Shown here: positions 9,821-19,117 of the stretch, piece by piece
Layout: every line of letters starts with the position of its first letter
Position numbering within the stretch: position 1 is the stretch's first letter
Assembly: GCA_016935525.1 (NCBI GenBank)
Contig: JAFGQU010000013.1
Span: forward strand, 26,523-90,522
DNA: 64,000 nucleotides
DNA from: Candidatus Omnitrophota bacterium
GTDB lineage: Bacteria; Omnitrophota; Gorgyraeia; Duberdicusellales; 4484-171
Direction of reading: 5' to 3'
Position numbers and translations under genes: made by a program
Notes under the pieces: model-generated
Database searches by the model: none
What the model was told of the DNA's origin: nothing
Seen by the model: the letters and a program-made list of their open reading frames with translations, nothing else

Positions 9821-11116
9821 ATGATTAAAAGACGTATTTTTTCATTTTTTTATGACAGTATATTTTTTCTGGGAGTAATCGTATATCTGCCGGTTTATTT
9901 TAAACGGAAAAAGATCACCTGGTCGGCGTTTAAAGAGAAATGTGCGGTGTACCCGGAAAAAGCCAGATCGATCGCGCCGAAAAACAGGAAAGTCGTCTGG
10001 ATCCAGGTGGTAAGTGTGGGCGAGGTGACGTTGATCCGGTCGTTAGTCGAATATCTTAAAGCTCAGGGCGAAAGTGACGTGGTGATTTCGGTGACCACAT
10101 TGACCGGGCGTAAGGTCGCCGAGAAGATGTATCCGGGGAACCTGGTGGTCTATTTGCCTTTTGATATCAGTTTCCTGATCCGCCGGGCGATACGGTTCAT
10201 TAAACCGGCGGTATTCGTCGCGATCGAGACCGAGATCTGGCCGAACCTGTATCTTCAACTTAAAAGGGAAAATGTCCCGGTCATCATTTTAAACGGCCGG
10301 ATATCGGAAAGAGCTTTTGCGCAATACCGTAAAATAAAGTTTTTCATGAAAAAGATATTGAACCTGGCTGAGTGTATCGGAGTACAAAACCAGTTTTATA
10401 AAGAGCGGTTTCTCGAGTTAGGGGCGGACATCGAGAAAACCATTATTACCGGCAACCTTAAGTTCAGTAATTACTCTATCGATGAGAAAAAGTACGCGGC
10501 ATTTGTGGAAAAATATTATCCTTACCTGAAAAACGACGATTCGCTGCTTTTTTTAGCGGCAAGTACCCACGCGCCTGAGGAGACCTATGCGCTTGATTGT
10601 TATAAAACACTTATTGTCCGTTATCCGAATCTGCGGTTGATGGTAGTGCCCCGGCATATCGAACGGGTTGACGAAATAGAGCGTATTTTTGCCGCGGCCG
10701 GGTTCCGTACGCTTAAACTGAGCGAAGGATTTAAGGGCGGAACATCGTCACAGGATGTGTTTGTCGTCGACACCGTGGGTGATCTTCTGGCTTGTTATAG
10801 TATGGCTGATTTCTGTTTTGTGGGAGGGAGTCTTGCCGATTACGGCGGACATAATATTCTTGAACCGCTGTATTTCGCTAAACCGACTCTGTTCGGCCCG
10901 TGTATGAGTAATTTTAAAGAGATCGAACAGACGGTCCTTGATCACCAGGCGGGTATTCAGGTCGCACATAGCGAAGATCTCCGGGAGAGACTTGAAGAAT
11001 TGATACAGGATGTATCGTATCGCCAGAAACTTTCAGGTAACGCCCATGCGATTTTTACCGAAGGGCAGGAAACTTTAAAAAACAGTGTCGCATGTATTCG
11101 TCGTTGGTTGTATTAA
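9821..11116 (+). CDS. waaA: 3-deoxy-D-manno-octulosonic acid (Kdo) transferase
   Basis: GT30 signature WIQVVSVGEV near the N-terminus. 431 aa. Confidence 0.85.
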   Translation: MIKRRIFSFFYDSIFFLGVIVYLPVYFKRKKITWSAFKEKCAVYPEKARSIAPKNRKVVWIQVVSVGEVTLIRSLVEYLKAQGESDVVISVTTLTGRKVAEKMYPGNLVVYLPFDISFLIRRAIRFIKPAVFVAIETEIWPNLYLQLKRENVPVIILNGRISERAFAQYRKIKFFMKKILNLAECIGVQNQFYKERFLELGADIEKTIITGNLKFSNYSIDEKKYAAFVEKYYPYLKNDDSLLFLAASTHAPEETYALDCYKTLIVRYPNLRLMVVPRHIERVDEIERIFAAAGFRTLKLSEGFKGGTSSQDVFVVDTVGDLLACYSMADFCFVGGSLADYGGHNILEPLYFAKPTLFGPCMSNFKEIEQTVLDHQAGIQVAHSEDLRERLEELIQDVSYRQKLSGNAHAIFTEGQETLKNSVACIRRWLY

Positions 11117-12114
11117 AACAAAAATATTTAGGGCTTATCCAGGAGAAAAACCGTACTCCTCTCGGTCAGGCGTTATTTTTGGTATTGGTCGGGCTTTCCG
11201 GTATTTTCTGGATATTGGTCAAGGCGCGCGGCCTTTTTTATGAAAAAGAAGTGTGTAAGACGTATCAGTCCGAAAAGAGGATCGTCAGTATCGGGAACAT
11301 ATCCTGGGGCGGGACCGGTAAGACCAGTTTAACTCTGTATCTTTATAAAACACTGCAGGTCCCGGTAAGGGCGTGTATTATTACCAAAGGGTATGCTAAA
11401 GACGAATATGCTCTTATCCGGCGTAGTACAAAAAGTGTATACGATTCCCGTAACCGGATACGGATGATCCGGCGTCTCGAAAAAGAGTATGACCTTTTCC
11501 TTCTCGATGACGCGTTCCAATATCGCGGATTGGCTCGGGACCTCGATATTGTCCTTATCAATAAACAGGAGATCATTACCAGACCCCGGCTTATACCGGC
11601 CGGGCCGTTACGGGAACCGTTCAGCAGTCTTAAGCGTGCCGATATCGTCATCGTATCGTATTGCAGTAAAGAGGATTTAGCCGGTATTTCTCCTCGTATA
11701 GCGCGGATCAATAAAAATGCGGCGGTGTTCGCCGCCGATTATAAAGTGACCGGTCTATTGGACCATAACTTGAAGAGAGTACCTCAGGAATATTTGAAAG
11801 GTAAAAAACTGGGAGTACTTACCGCGATAGGATATCCTCAAGGATTTTTAGATAAAATACACGGGATCTCTTATGAGCCGTCCCGGGTATCGGTATATCC
11901 CGATCATTATGAGTTTAGCGGCGAACATCTGCGGGAAATCGAACGGGAATTTTTAAAAGACGGTATCGAAAATGTCTTGATCACGTATAAGGATTATTAT
12001 CATACCGATTTTTCCCGTAAAAGGCTTAACTATTTTATCGTGCAGGTGGAACTTATTATTCATGACGAGGAGAAGTTTTTAGAAGTCGTCCATAACCGTA
12101 TAAGATCTTTATAA
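11092..12114 (+). CDS. lpxK: tetraacyldisaccharide 4'-kinase
   Basis: P-loop IVSIGNISWGGTGKTS typical of LpxK. Overlaps the waaA 3' end by 25 nt. Confidence 0.85.
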   Translation: MYSSLVVLKQKYLGLIQEKNRTPLGQALFLVLVGLSGIFWILVKARGLFYEKEVCKTYQSEKRIVSIGNISWGGTGKTSLTLYLYKTLQVPVRACIITKGYAKDEYALIRRSTKSVYDSRNRIRMIRRLEKEYDLFLLDDAFQYRGLARDLDIVLINKQEIITRPRLIPAGPLREPFSSLKRADIVIVSYCSKEDLAGISPRIARINKNAAVFAADYKVTGLLDHNLKRVPQEYLKGKKLGVLTAIGYPQGFLDKIHGISYEPSRVSVYPDHYEFSGEHLREIEREFLKDGIENVLITYKDYYHTDFSRKRLNYFIVQVELIIHDEEKFLEVVHNRIRSL

Positions 12115-12119
12115 TCGCG

Positions 12120-13931
12120 ATGGCCAGGCTATTGTTGAGATTAATAAATGTATTTGTGCATCTTTTACCGCGTCCGGCGGCCCGGGCGTTAGGCGGGATG
12201 ATCGGCTTTTCCTTTTACCGTAACCGCCGCAGACGCCGGAACGCGTTTATCAATATCAAACAGGCGTTTCCCGAAAAAAGTAATCGTGAGCTTTTCTCGA
12301 TCATCCGCCGCAGTTTTATCTCTTTCGGCGTGAGTATTATCGAGACGTTCCTGGTCGAACAGATGAAAGAAGAAGTAACCCGGCAATGGTCGGAAAAAAT
12401 GACTCAAACCGGGGAGATATTCGTCGGGCTCCATCAGGGGAACTGGGAATCGTATCATGCGGATTTCGCGCGTACCGCGCCGCTGGCATTACTGGCAAAA
12501 GCGCAGAGATATTCAGTGCTTGACGATTATTTGAACGATCTGCGCAAGACCCATCTTGTTACGGTGTGTTTTTCCCTGAAAGAGGCGATCGCGGCTCTTA
12601 AAAAAAATATGTGGGTCGGGCTGGTCATCGATCACGGCGCGGAAAAAAACGCCCGGTTCGTCGATTTTTTCGGCCAGCTGGTGCCTACTCCGGGAGGAGC
12701 GGTGTCGCTCGCGAAAAAATTCGATAAACGGATTTTCCCGACGTTCGGGTATCGTAAGGGGAAAGAGCAGATATTCGTCATCGATGATCCCCTGGATTGC
12801 CGGGATCTTTCCGAAGAGGAAGCCTTACGTAAGATCAATGAAATGTATGAAGAGTTTTTAAGGGCGCATCCTTACGAGTATATGTGGTGGTTTAAACGGT
12901 TCAAACGGAAAAAGAACCGTAGTATCCTTATTTTGAGCGATGGTAAAGCCGGGCATCTTAAACAGTCTTTCGCGTTGAGTAAAAAAGTGGAGGAAGCCGG
13001 GTACCGGGTGGCTACCGAGACCGTAGAGGTAGCGTATCGTCACCGGTGGTCCCGGGCGGGCCTGGATATCGTTGCTTGTTTCAGTTCGCCCTGGGCAGTA
13101 GGTAGAACAAGAGCGTTGCGGTTCTTTCTTAAAAAGGAAATATGGGAGAAGTTAGAGAAGAGGTTTTACGATATTGTCATCTCTACCGGTTCAAGCGTGG
13201 CCGCGGCGAATGTGTTGTATGCCCGGTCACTGGGAGCAAAATCGTGCGTGATCTTAAGACCGAATGTTCCGTTAGTTAAATTCGATACAGCGCTCGTGCC
13301 CGAGCATGACGGGATAAAAGGGAACAATGTGATCACGACTAAAGGGGCGTTAGCCTATTTCGAACACTGGCAGGAACATGTGTTACGCGGGAAGGAGCAT
13401 TTCCGGTTTACCGAAGAGAAAAAGATCGCGGTATGTATCGGGGGGGCGCTCAATGACCACGGGCAATATCGTGAACGTCTCGGCATGTTCCTTGCGGCGT
13501 TAAAAGAATACGCTCTTAAACATCAGTACAGAATCGTCCTCACCACGTCGAGACGTACCGAAAGGCTGGTTGATGAGATCATCGAACGTGAACTTTCCTC
13601 ATTCCCCAATACTGAAGCGCTCCTCCTGGTAAGTCGCGAGAATCATCCGTTTGTAGTGCCGGCGTTTCTCGCGGTAAGTGAAATAGTCTGTGTGAGTGCC
13701 GAGAGCGTATCGATGATCTCCGAAAGCCTCTCCCAGGATAAAACAACGGCAGCGGTGTTTCTTGAAGACCTGAAATCGAAACCGCATCGGCGGTTTCTGG
13801 CATCACTGGAGAAAGAATATCTGAATTTTTTAAAGTATCCTTATGGCCAGTTTTCGTTCCGGCACCCGACGAGGTCGCTTAGGGCGCAGAACGAAGAACG
13901 GCTGGCGGAGGCGGTAACGCGGTTGTTATGA
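12120..13931 (+). CDS. fusion protein: LpxL/HtrB-family lipid A late acyltransferase (N-terminal) with ELM1/DUF1022-type domain (C-terminal)
   Basis: Residues 1-~265 look like lauroyl/myristoyl acyltransferases. From ~270 the sequence ILILSDGKAGHLKQSFAL... matches the bacterial ELM1 (mitochondrial-fission-ELM1-like) family start (KxxxLxDGKxGHxNQ). Confidence 0.65.
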   Translation: MARLLLRLINVFVHLLPRPAARALGGMIGFSFYRNRRRRRNAFINIKQAFPEKSNRELFSIIRRSFISFGVSIIETFLVEQMKEEVTRQWSEKMTQTGEIFVGLHQGNWESYHADFARTAPLALLAKAQRYSVLDDYLNDLRKTHLVTVCFSLKEAIAALKKNMWVGLVIDHGAEKNARFVDFFGQLVPTPGGAVSLAKKFDKRIFPTFGYRKGKEQIFVIDDPLDCRDLSEEEALRKINEMYEEFLRAHPYEYMWWFKRFKRKKNRSILILSDGKAGHLKQSFALSKKVEEAGYRVATETVEVAYRHRWSRAGLDIVACFSSPWAVGRTRALRFFLKKEIWEKLEKRFYDIVISTGSSVAAANVLYARSLGAKSCVILRPNVPLVKFDTALVPEHDGIKGNNVITTKGALAYFEHWQEHVLRGKEHFRFTEEKKIAVCIGGALNDHGQYRERLGMFLAALKEYALKHQYRIVLTTSRRTERLVDEIIERELSSFPNTEALLLVSRENHPFVVPAFLAVSEIVCVSAESVSMISESLSQDKTTAAVFLEDLKSKPHRRFLASLEKEYLNFLKYPYGQFSFRHPTRSLRAQNEERLAEAVTRLL

Positions 13932-15982
13932 GAGTGTTACAGATATTGCCTAAGATGAATATCGGAGGAGTGGAGAAAGGGGTGCTTGATTTTTCTTCTT
14001 ATTTTAAATCGGACATGGTCGTCGTCTCCGGCGGAGGAAGATGGGTGAAAAAGCTGGAAGAGGCCGGGGCGAAACATTATACCCTTTCGGTATACCGGAA
14101 ATCTCCGGTAAGTATTTTCTCAATCGGAAAATTGCGCCGGATAATCAAAGAAGAAAAGGTCGATATCGTCCATGCCCGTTCACGCGTGCCGGCGTGGATC
14201 GCTTTTTTCGCGACCCGGGGATTAGACGTCCCTTTTATGACTACCGCGCACGGAGCCTATTCGGTCCACAATTTCAGTGAAGTGATGGGGTGGGGTAAAT
14301 TCGTGATCTGTCCTTCGAAAAGTATCATCCGGCATATGATGGACAATTTCGGCGTACGTGAAAATAAAGTAAGGCTTGTCCCGCGGTGGGTAGATCTTGA
14401 TAAGTTCACTTTTAAACCGCAAACAGACCGGCGCCTGTGTAATTCGATCCTCAGTATCGGGCGGATCTCTCCTTCAAAAGGATACGAATACCTGATCGAA
14501 GCGTTCCGGAAGATCGCCCGGCATAATCCCTATTTGACCCTGACTATTGTCGGAGAAGCGGAACCTTCCAAAACGAAATATTTTCAATATTTAAAAAGTC
14601 TGGTCACACGATACGCTTTAAATTATCAGGTGCGTTTTCTGGGGTACCGGGAAGATGTCAATGAACTGCTCGATACCGCCTTCGCTTTGGTGATCCCTTC
14701 GGTCGTCGAAGAAGCGTTCGGCCGGGTGGTCGTTGAGGCGTTTGCCGCTGGCGTTCCGGTAGTCGCCACACGCATGGGAGCGTTGGAGGAGATCATCGAA
14801 CATCGTCAAGACGGGATCCTCGTGTTTCCCCGTAATGCCGACAGCCTCGCCGAAGGGCTTTTAGAGATCGTAAATAACCCGCCGCTGGCCCAGAAGCTCA
14901 TAGAGAATGCCCGCAGAAAAGTCGAAACCCTTTATTCTTTTTCCCATTGTGTGCGGGAGGTGGAAAAAGTATACCGGGAAGTGGTGCGTCATAAAAGAAT
15001 ACTGGTGATGAAGATATCTTCTTTAGGAGATGTGATCCTTTCGATCCCTTCTTTGAAAGCGATCAAAGAACAATGTCCCGACAGCGAACTTGTATTGCTT
15101 ACTCTCAAGAAGTACTCGTCTCTGTTCTACGGGTGTCCGTATGTCGATAGAGTTATCGGCCTTGACGCCGACTATAAACGGTTGCGTAACATCGTCCAGT
15201 TAAGCCGCTCTTTGAGAAGAGAGAGTTTCGATTACGTGATCGACCTGCAGAATAACCGCGCTTCCCACCTGATCGCTTTTTTGACGTTACCGCAGAAGTC
15301 GTTCGGATATTCCCGGAAATGGGGCAGATTATTGACGCATAAGGTTCCGGTATCGAAAAAGAGTGTTTCTCCTTTAGAATCTCAGGAAAAGATATTGAAC
15401 GCGGCCGGTATCGTTTTGACCGATAAAAGGCTCAGGTTATGGGATATGAACGTGTCTCAGCCTCAAAAATGGGAATTCTCCGATGAAGCCTGTATCGGTA
15501 TTAATATGTCGGCGTCGGTAAAGTGGCAGACTAAAAACTGGCCGTTGGCGCATACCAAGAAACTTATCGAATTGATCTTAAGAGAATTCCCTAAAATGAA
15601 GGTCGTATTGCTCGGTGACGAACATAGCGTAGCTGAATCTAAACTACTGGAGAAGATCGCGCCGCATTCGGTGATCAATCTGTGCGGAAAGACTACTCTG
15701 GGGGAACTGGTCGGTGTCCTTGCCCATGTAAAGATATTCATCACTCAGGATACAGCCCCTTTACACCTTGCCTGCGCGTTAGGGATCAAAGTGATCGCTC
15801 TTTTCGGCCCGACAGATCCGGATCGTCATACGGTAAAAAGCGATTATCTCCATCTGGTGGTGAGGAAAATACCCTGTTCATTCTGTTATAAACCGGTATG
15901 TAAAGATAACGTCTGTATGACCAAGATCACTCCTCAGGAAATAATGATGAGAATACAGAGTATATTAGGTAAATCAGGTTAA
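13928..15982 (+). CDS. bifunctional glycosyltransferase: GT4 (N-terminal) fused to GT9 LPS heptosyltransferase (C-terminal)
   Basis: N-terminal part has the GT4 E-x7-E region (EEAFGRVVVEAFAAGVPVV). From ~aa 355, ILVMKISSLGDVILSIPSLKAIKE... is the GT9/ADP-heptose heptosyltransferase N-terminus. Confidence 0.7.
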   Translation: MRVLQILPKMNIGGVEKGVLDFSSYFKSDMVVVSGGGRWVKKLEEAGAKHYTLSVYRKSPVSIFSIGKLRRIIKEEKVDIVHARSRVPAWIAFFATRGLDVPFMTTAHGAYSVHNFSEVMGWGKFVICPSKSIIRHMMDNFGVRENKVRLVPRWVDLDKFTFKPQTDRRLCNSILSIGRISPSKGYEYLIEAFRKIARHNPYLTLTIVGEAEPSKTKYFQYLKSLVTRYALNYQVRFLGYREDVNELLDTAFALVIPSVVEEAFGRVVVEAFAAGVPVVATRMGALEEIIEHRQDGILVFPRNADSLAEGLLEIVNNPPLAQKLIENARRKVETLYSFSHCVREVEKVYREVVRHKRILVMKISSLGDVILSIPSLKAIKEQCPDSELVLLTLKKYSSLFYGCPYVDRVIGLDADYKRLRNIVQLSRSLRRESFDYVIDLQNNRASHLIAFLTLPQKSFGYSRKWGRLLTHKVPVSKKSVSPLESQEKILNAAGIVLTDKRLRLWDMNVSQPQKWEFSDEACIGINMSASVKWQTKNWPLAHTKKLIELILREFPKMKVVLLGDEHSVAESKLLEKIAPHSVINLCGKTTLGELVGVLAHVKIFITQDTAPLHLACALGIKVIALFGPTDPDRHTVKSDYLHLVVRKIPCSFCYKPVCKDNVCMTKITPQEIMMRIQSILGKSG

Positions 15983-15993
15983 GAAATAGTTCG

Positions 15994-16076
15994 CGCGTTC
16001 ACCCGTGCTCGCGTTTCCCGCCACAGGCGGGATTCCCGTTCAAAAGAACGGGTACACGGGCGAACGGGAAAACGGG
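15994..16076. repeat. GC-rich nested palindromic element in the LPS cluster intergenic region
   Basis: Nested inverted repeats CGTTCACCCGTG/CACGGGCGAACG and GTTTCCCG/CGGGAAAAC around the hairpin CCCGTTC-AAAA-GAACGGG. Confidence 0.35.
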
Positions 16077-16098
16077 CTAACTCGACTATAGATTAAAT

Positions 16099-17157
16099 AT
16101 GAATATATTAATCTTAACTACTCATCTGGACCCGGGCGGGATCACCCGTTATGCCTTAAATTTAAGTGAAGAGTTATCCCGAGATCACCGGGTATGGGTC
16201 GCCTCCTCCGGCGGCTCCTGGCAGGATAGATTTTCCCGCTCCGGCGTAGGGTTTAAATGGATCCCGATTAAGACCAAATCGATACTGGATCCTAAGATCA
16301 TAGCCTGTTTTTTTAATCTTCTTCCGTTTTTGGTAAAAAATAAGATCGACGTTATCTGCGCCAATACCCGGGTTACTCAGTTTCTGGCTTACCTTATGTA
16401 TCGGGCCGGCGGGATCCCTTATGTTTCGGTATATCATGGTTTCTATAAAGCCCGGTATGAACGTAAAGTCTTAAAATTTCAGGGGGCCCGTACAATCGCG
16501 GTCAGTGAATCGGTAAAAAGACACCTGACCGAAGACCTGGGTGTCCCCTCAGAACAGATCCGGGTGGTCTATAACGGAATCGATCCGGCCCGGTTTGCGC
16601 CTCGTTCTAAAAAGCAGGATAGCCGGGGGAGAATACGGTTAGGTATTTTAGGCCGGATCTCGGCGGAAAAAGGGCACCTGTTGGTGGTCGAGACGGTAAA
16701 AGAACTTATCGCTGACGGCGTGAACGTGTCGTTATATATTGCCGGTGAAGGGAAATTGAAAAAGAAAGTCACCGAATACGTGACGAGGTGCGGATTGGAT
16801 GCGTATGTGGAGTTCGTTTCTGCCGACGGCGAGCGGTTCCTGGATATGATCGACATCCTGATCGTCGCTTCATCCAAAGAAGGGTTTGGCTATATTATTT
16901 TAGAGGCGTTTGCGAAAGAGGTGCCGGTAGTCGCCTACGCGGTAGGCGGTATCAAAGAGATCGTGAGCGACGGACAAAACGGATTGCTTTTCTGGCAGTA
17001 CAATGCCGGGAGTCTCAAAGAGAAGCTGGTAGAGATCATCAACGATTACGAATTACAACAACAGTTGGTAATAAACGGGAAAGGAAGTCTGAGCCGGTTC
17101 AGTTTAGAGCAGATGGCCAGAGAAACCGCCCGAGTGTTAGGGGAAACTTTAAGATGA
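16099..17157 (+). CDS. glycosyltransferase family 4
   Basis: GT4 fold with EGFGYIILEAFAKEVPVVAYAVGG (E-x7-E). 352 aa. Confidence 0.8.
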   Translation: MNILILTTHLDPGGITRYALNLSEELSRDHRVWVASSGGSWQDRFSRSGVGFKWIPIKTKSILDPKIIACFFNLLPFLVKNKIDVICANTRVTQFLAYLMYRAGGIPYVSVYHGFYKARYERKVLKFQGARTIAVSESVKRHLTEDLGVPSEQIRVVYNGIDPARFAPRSKKQDSRGRIRLGILGRISAEKGHLLVVETVKELIADGVNVSLYIAGEGKLKKKVTEYVTRCGLDAYVEFVSADGERFLDMIDILIVASSKEGFGYIILEAFAKEVPVVAYAVGGIKEIVSDGQNGLLFWQYNAGSLKEKLVEIINDYELQQQLVINGKGSLSRFSLEQMARETARVLGETLR

Positions 17158-17924
17158 TAAAAAGAATATTTTTTGCAGTCTTTGCGGTTTTGGCTGTTTT
17201 ATTTTTAGGGTTTTATATCTGGCTGTATCCGCAATACGAGGTGCCGGTCTTTATGTACCATTCGTTGAATGAAGCCCGGTTAGGTGAATATTCCGTCGTG
17301 CCGCTTGAGACTTTTCGTGCCCAGATGGAATATATCAAAAAGAACGGATATACGGTGTTGCGATTGGAAGAGTACTGCCGCCGGTTAAAAGAAGGCTTAA
17401 GTGTACCGCGGCATAGCGTGGTGATCACTTTTGACGACGGGCATCGTGATAATACGCGTGCGGTCGAGGTGCTGGACAGCCTGGATATCCCGGCAACCAT
17501 ATTCCTCATAGTCGATAAGATCGGAACCGAGGCCTATCTTACTAAAGAACAGGTCGTAGCATTTCTTCAAAATACCCCGGTCGATATCGGTTCGCACACG
17601 ATGAGCCATGCCTATTTACCGGACTTGGTCGATAGCGAAGTTTTCTATCAGATCAATGAATCTAAACATACCTTAATCGAAGAGTTCGGCGTGCCGGTTG
17701 AAACGCTCACCTATCCGGTAGGAGGGTTTAACGAAACCGTATTAAAAGAAGTAGAACATGCCGGGTACCTGTGCGCGTGCACTACGAACCGGGGATTTTC
17801 CAAAGAGAAACACCTGTTCGCGTTACGCCGGATCAAGATCACCGATCGTGACCGGGGGATAGCGCTATGGGCGAAACTGAGCGGGTATTATAACGTATTT
17901 AAAAAACCTAAAAATCCTTACTAA
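17154..17924 (+). CDS. polysaccharide deacetylase (CE4/NodB family), membrane-anchored
   Basis: Start ATG at 17154 overlaps the upstream TGA. N-terminal TM helix, then CE4 motifs VVITFDDGHRD and IGSHTMSHAYL. Confidence 0.75.
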   Translation: MIKRIFFAVFAVLAVLFLGFYIWLYPQYEVPVFMYHSLNEARLGEYSVVPLETFRAQMEYIKKNGYTVLRLEEYCRRLKEGLSVPRHSVVITFDDGHRDNTRAVEVLDSLDIPATIFLIVDKIGTEAYLTKEQVVAFLQNTPVDIGSHTMSHAYLPDLVDSEVFYQINESKHTLIEEFGVPVETLTYPVGGFNETVLKEVEHAGYLCACTTNRGFSKEKHLFALRRIKITDRDRGIALWAKLSGYYNVFKKPKNPY

Positions 17925-17930
17925 TGAAAA

Positions 17931-18100
17931 GTTACACGACACACGCCACACGCATGCCTGCTACGCAGGCCGTCACACGTTGCACGACACACGTCACATG
18001 TATTAATTCTTTCTCGACGTGTGACTATGTGACCTTGTGTCCTTGTGACTTGCCGAAGGCATACGTATGACGTGTGACCTTGTGACTATGTGACCTGCGT
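17931..18100. repeat. family-1 intergenic repeat element (GTCACA/TGTGAC octamer arrays), copy A
   Basis: Tandem NGTCACAN octamers followed by tandem NTGTGACN octamers, with embedded hairpins GCCTGCTACGCAGGC and TGCCGAAGGCA. Approximately the reverse complement of copy C at 44245-44408. Confidence 0.7.
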
Positions 18101-18103
18101 GTT

Positions 18104-19117
18104 ATGGAACGAGTACTCGTCGTCAACGTAAACTGGCTGGGTGACTGTATCATGACTTTGCCGGCATTCAGTGCCCTGAAGAAAGAATATCCCCACGTAT
18201 ATACCGCGGTAATGGCGCCGGGGCGGGTCGCCGAGATATTTGAAAAAGATCCTTCTATCGATGAGGTCCTGGTGTTTGACGAACGAACCACGCATCGGAG
18301 CCTGCCGGCGAAACTGCGGTTTATCCGTGCATTAAAAGAAAAGAGATTTGATACGGCGATATGTATCCATCGTTCGTGTACCCGTATATTGATCTGTCGG
18401 CTTGCCGGTATTCCCCGGAGGATCGGGTATCACCGCCGCAAGACTTCCTGGCTGATCAATCATAAAGTAAAACCGCCGGCAGGTACCGGGCATCGTCAGG
18501 ATTATTATTTGTGTCTTTTCGAAGCGGCCGCAATACCGGTAAAGACGAGGATTCCGCAGGTATTCATCGACGATGATGTGCGTCATCGTATGTATTACCG
18601 TCTGCAGAGGCCTGAGCATACGCACGCTCATCTTATCGGGGTACAGGTCTCGGCAAATTGGGACCAGAAACGCTGGCCGGCACAATCGTATGCCGAGTTG
18701 TGCGACCGGCTGATCAGCCGGTACTCCTGCGCGATATTCTTTGTCGGAACGCAAAAAGACGCCCCCGCGGTAAGCGCGGTCACCGAAAAAATGAAACGTA
18801 AGGATTTTTACGATTTTTGCGGACAGACGACTCTTTCCGAACTTGCCGCGGTTATGGAGAATTTTGATTTGTTTATATCCAACGATTCCGGGCCGGCGCA
18901 TCTTGCCGCGGCCGTCGGTATTCATACGCTTGTTCTTTTCGGTCCGACCGATCCGGAGGTCACCTCTCCGCGCGGTAAGTATGTCCATATCGTCAAAAGC
19001 GATGTGCCCTGCGTGATACCCTGTTATAAGACCGACTGTAAGGATAATTTCTGTATGAGCGGGATATCGGTCGATGAAGTGATAGAGACCGTACAGTACA
19101 TATTCGACAATGAATAA
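18104..19117 (+). CDS. LPS heptosyltransferase (GT9)
   Basis: VLVVNVNWLGDCIMTLPAFSALKKEYP N-terminus and C-terminal GPAHLAAAVG...LFGPTDP GT9 motifs. Confidence 0.8.
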   Translation: MERVLVVNVNWLGDCIMTLPAFSALKKEYPHVYTAVMAPGRVAEIFEKDPSIDEVLVFDERTTHRSLPAKLRFIRALKEKRFDTAICIHRSCTRILICRLAGIPRRIGYHRRKTSWLINHKVKPPAGTGHRQDYYLCLFEAAAIPVKTRIPQVFIDDDVRHRMYYRLQRPEHTHAHLIGVQVSANWDQKRWPAQSYAELCDRLISRYSCAIFFVGTQKDAPAVSAVTEKMKRKDFYDFCGQTTLSELAAVMENFDLFISNDSGPAHLAAAVGIHTLVLFGPTDPEVTSPRGKYVHIVKSDVPCVIPCYKTDCKDNFCMSGISVDEVIETVQYIFDNE

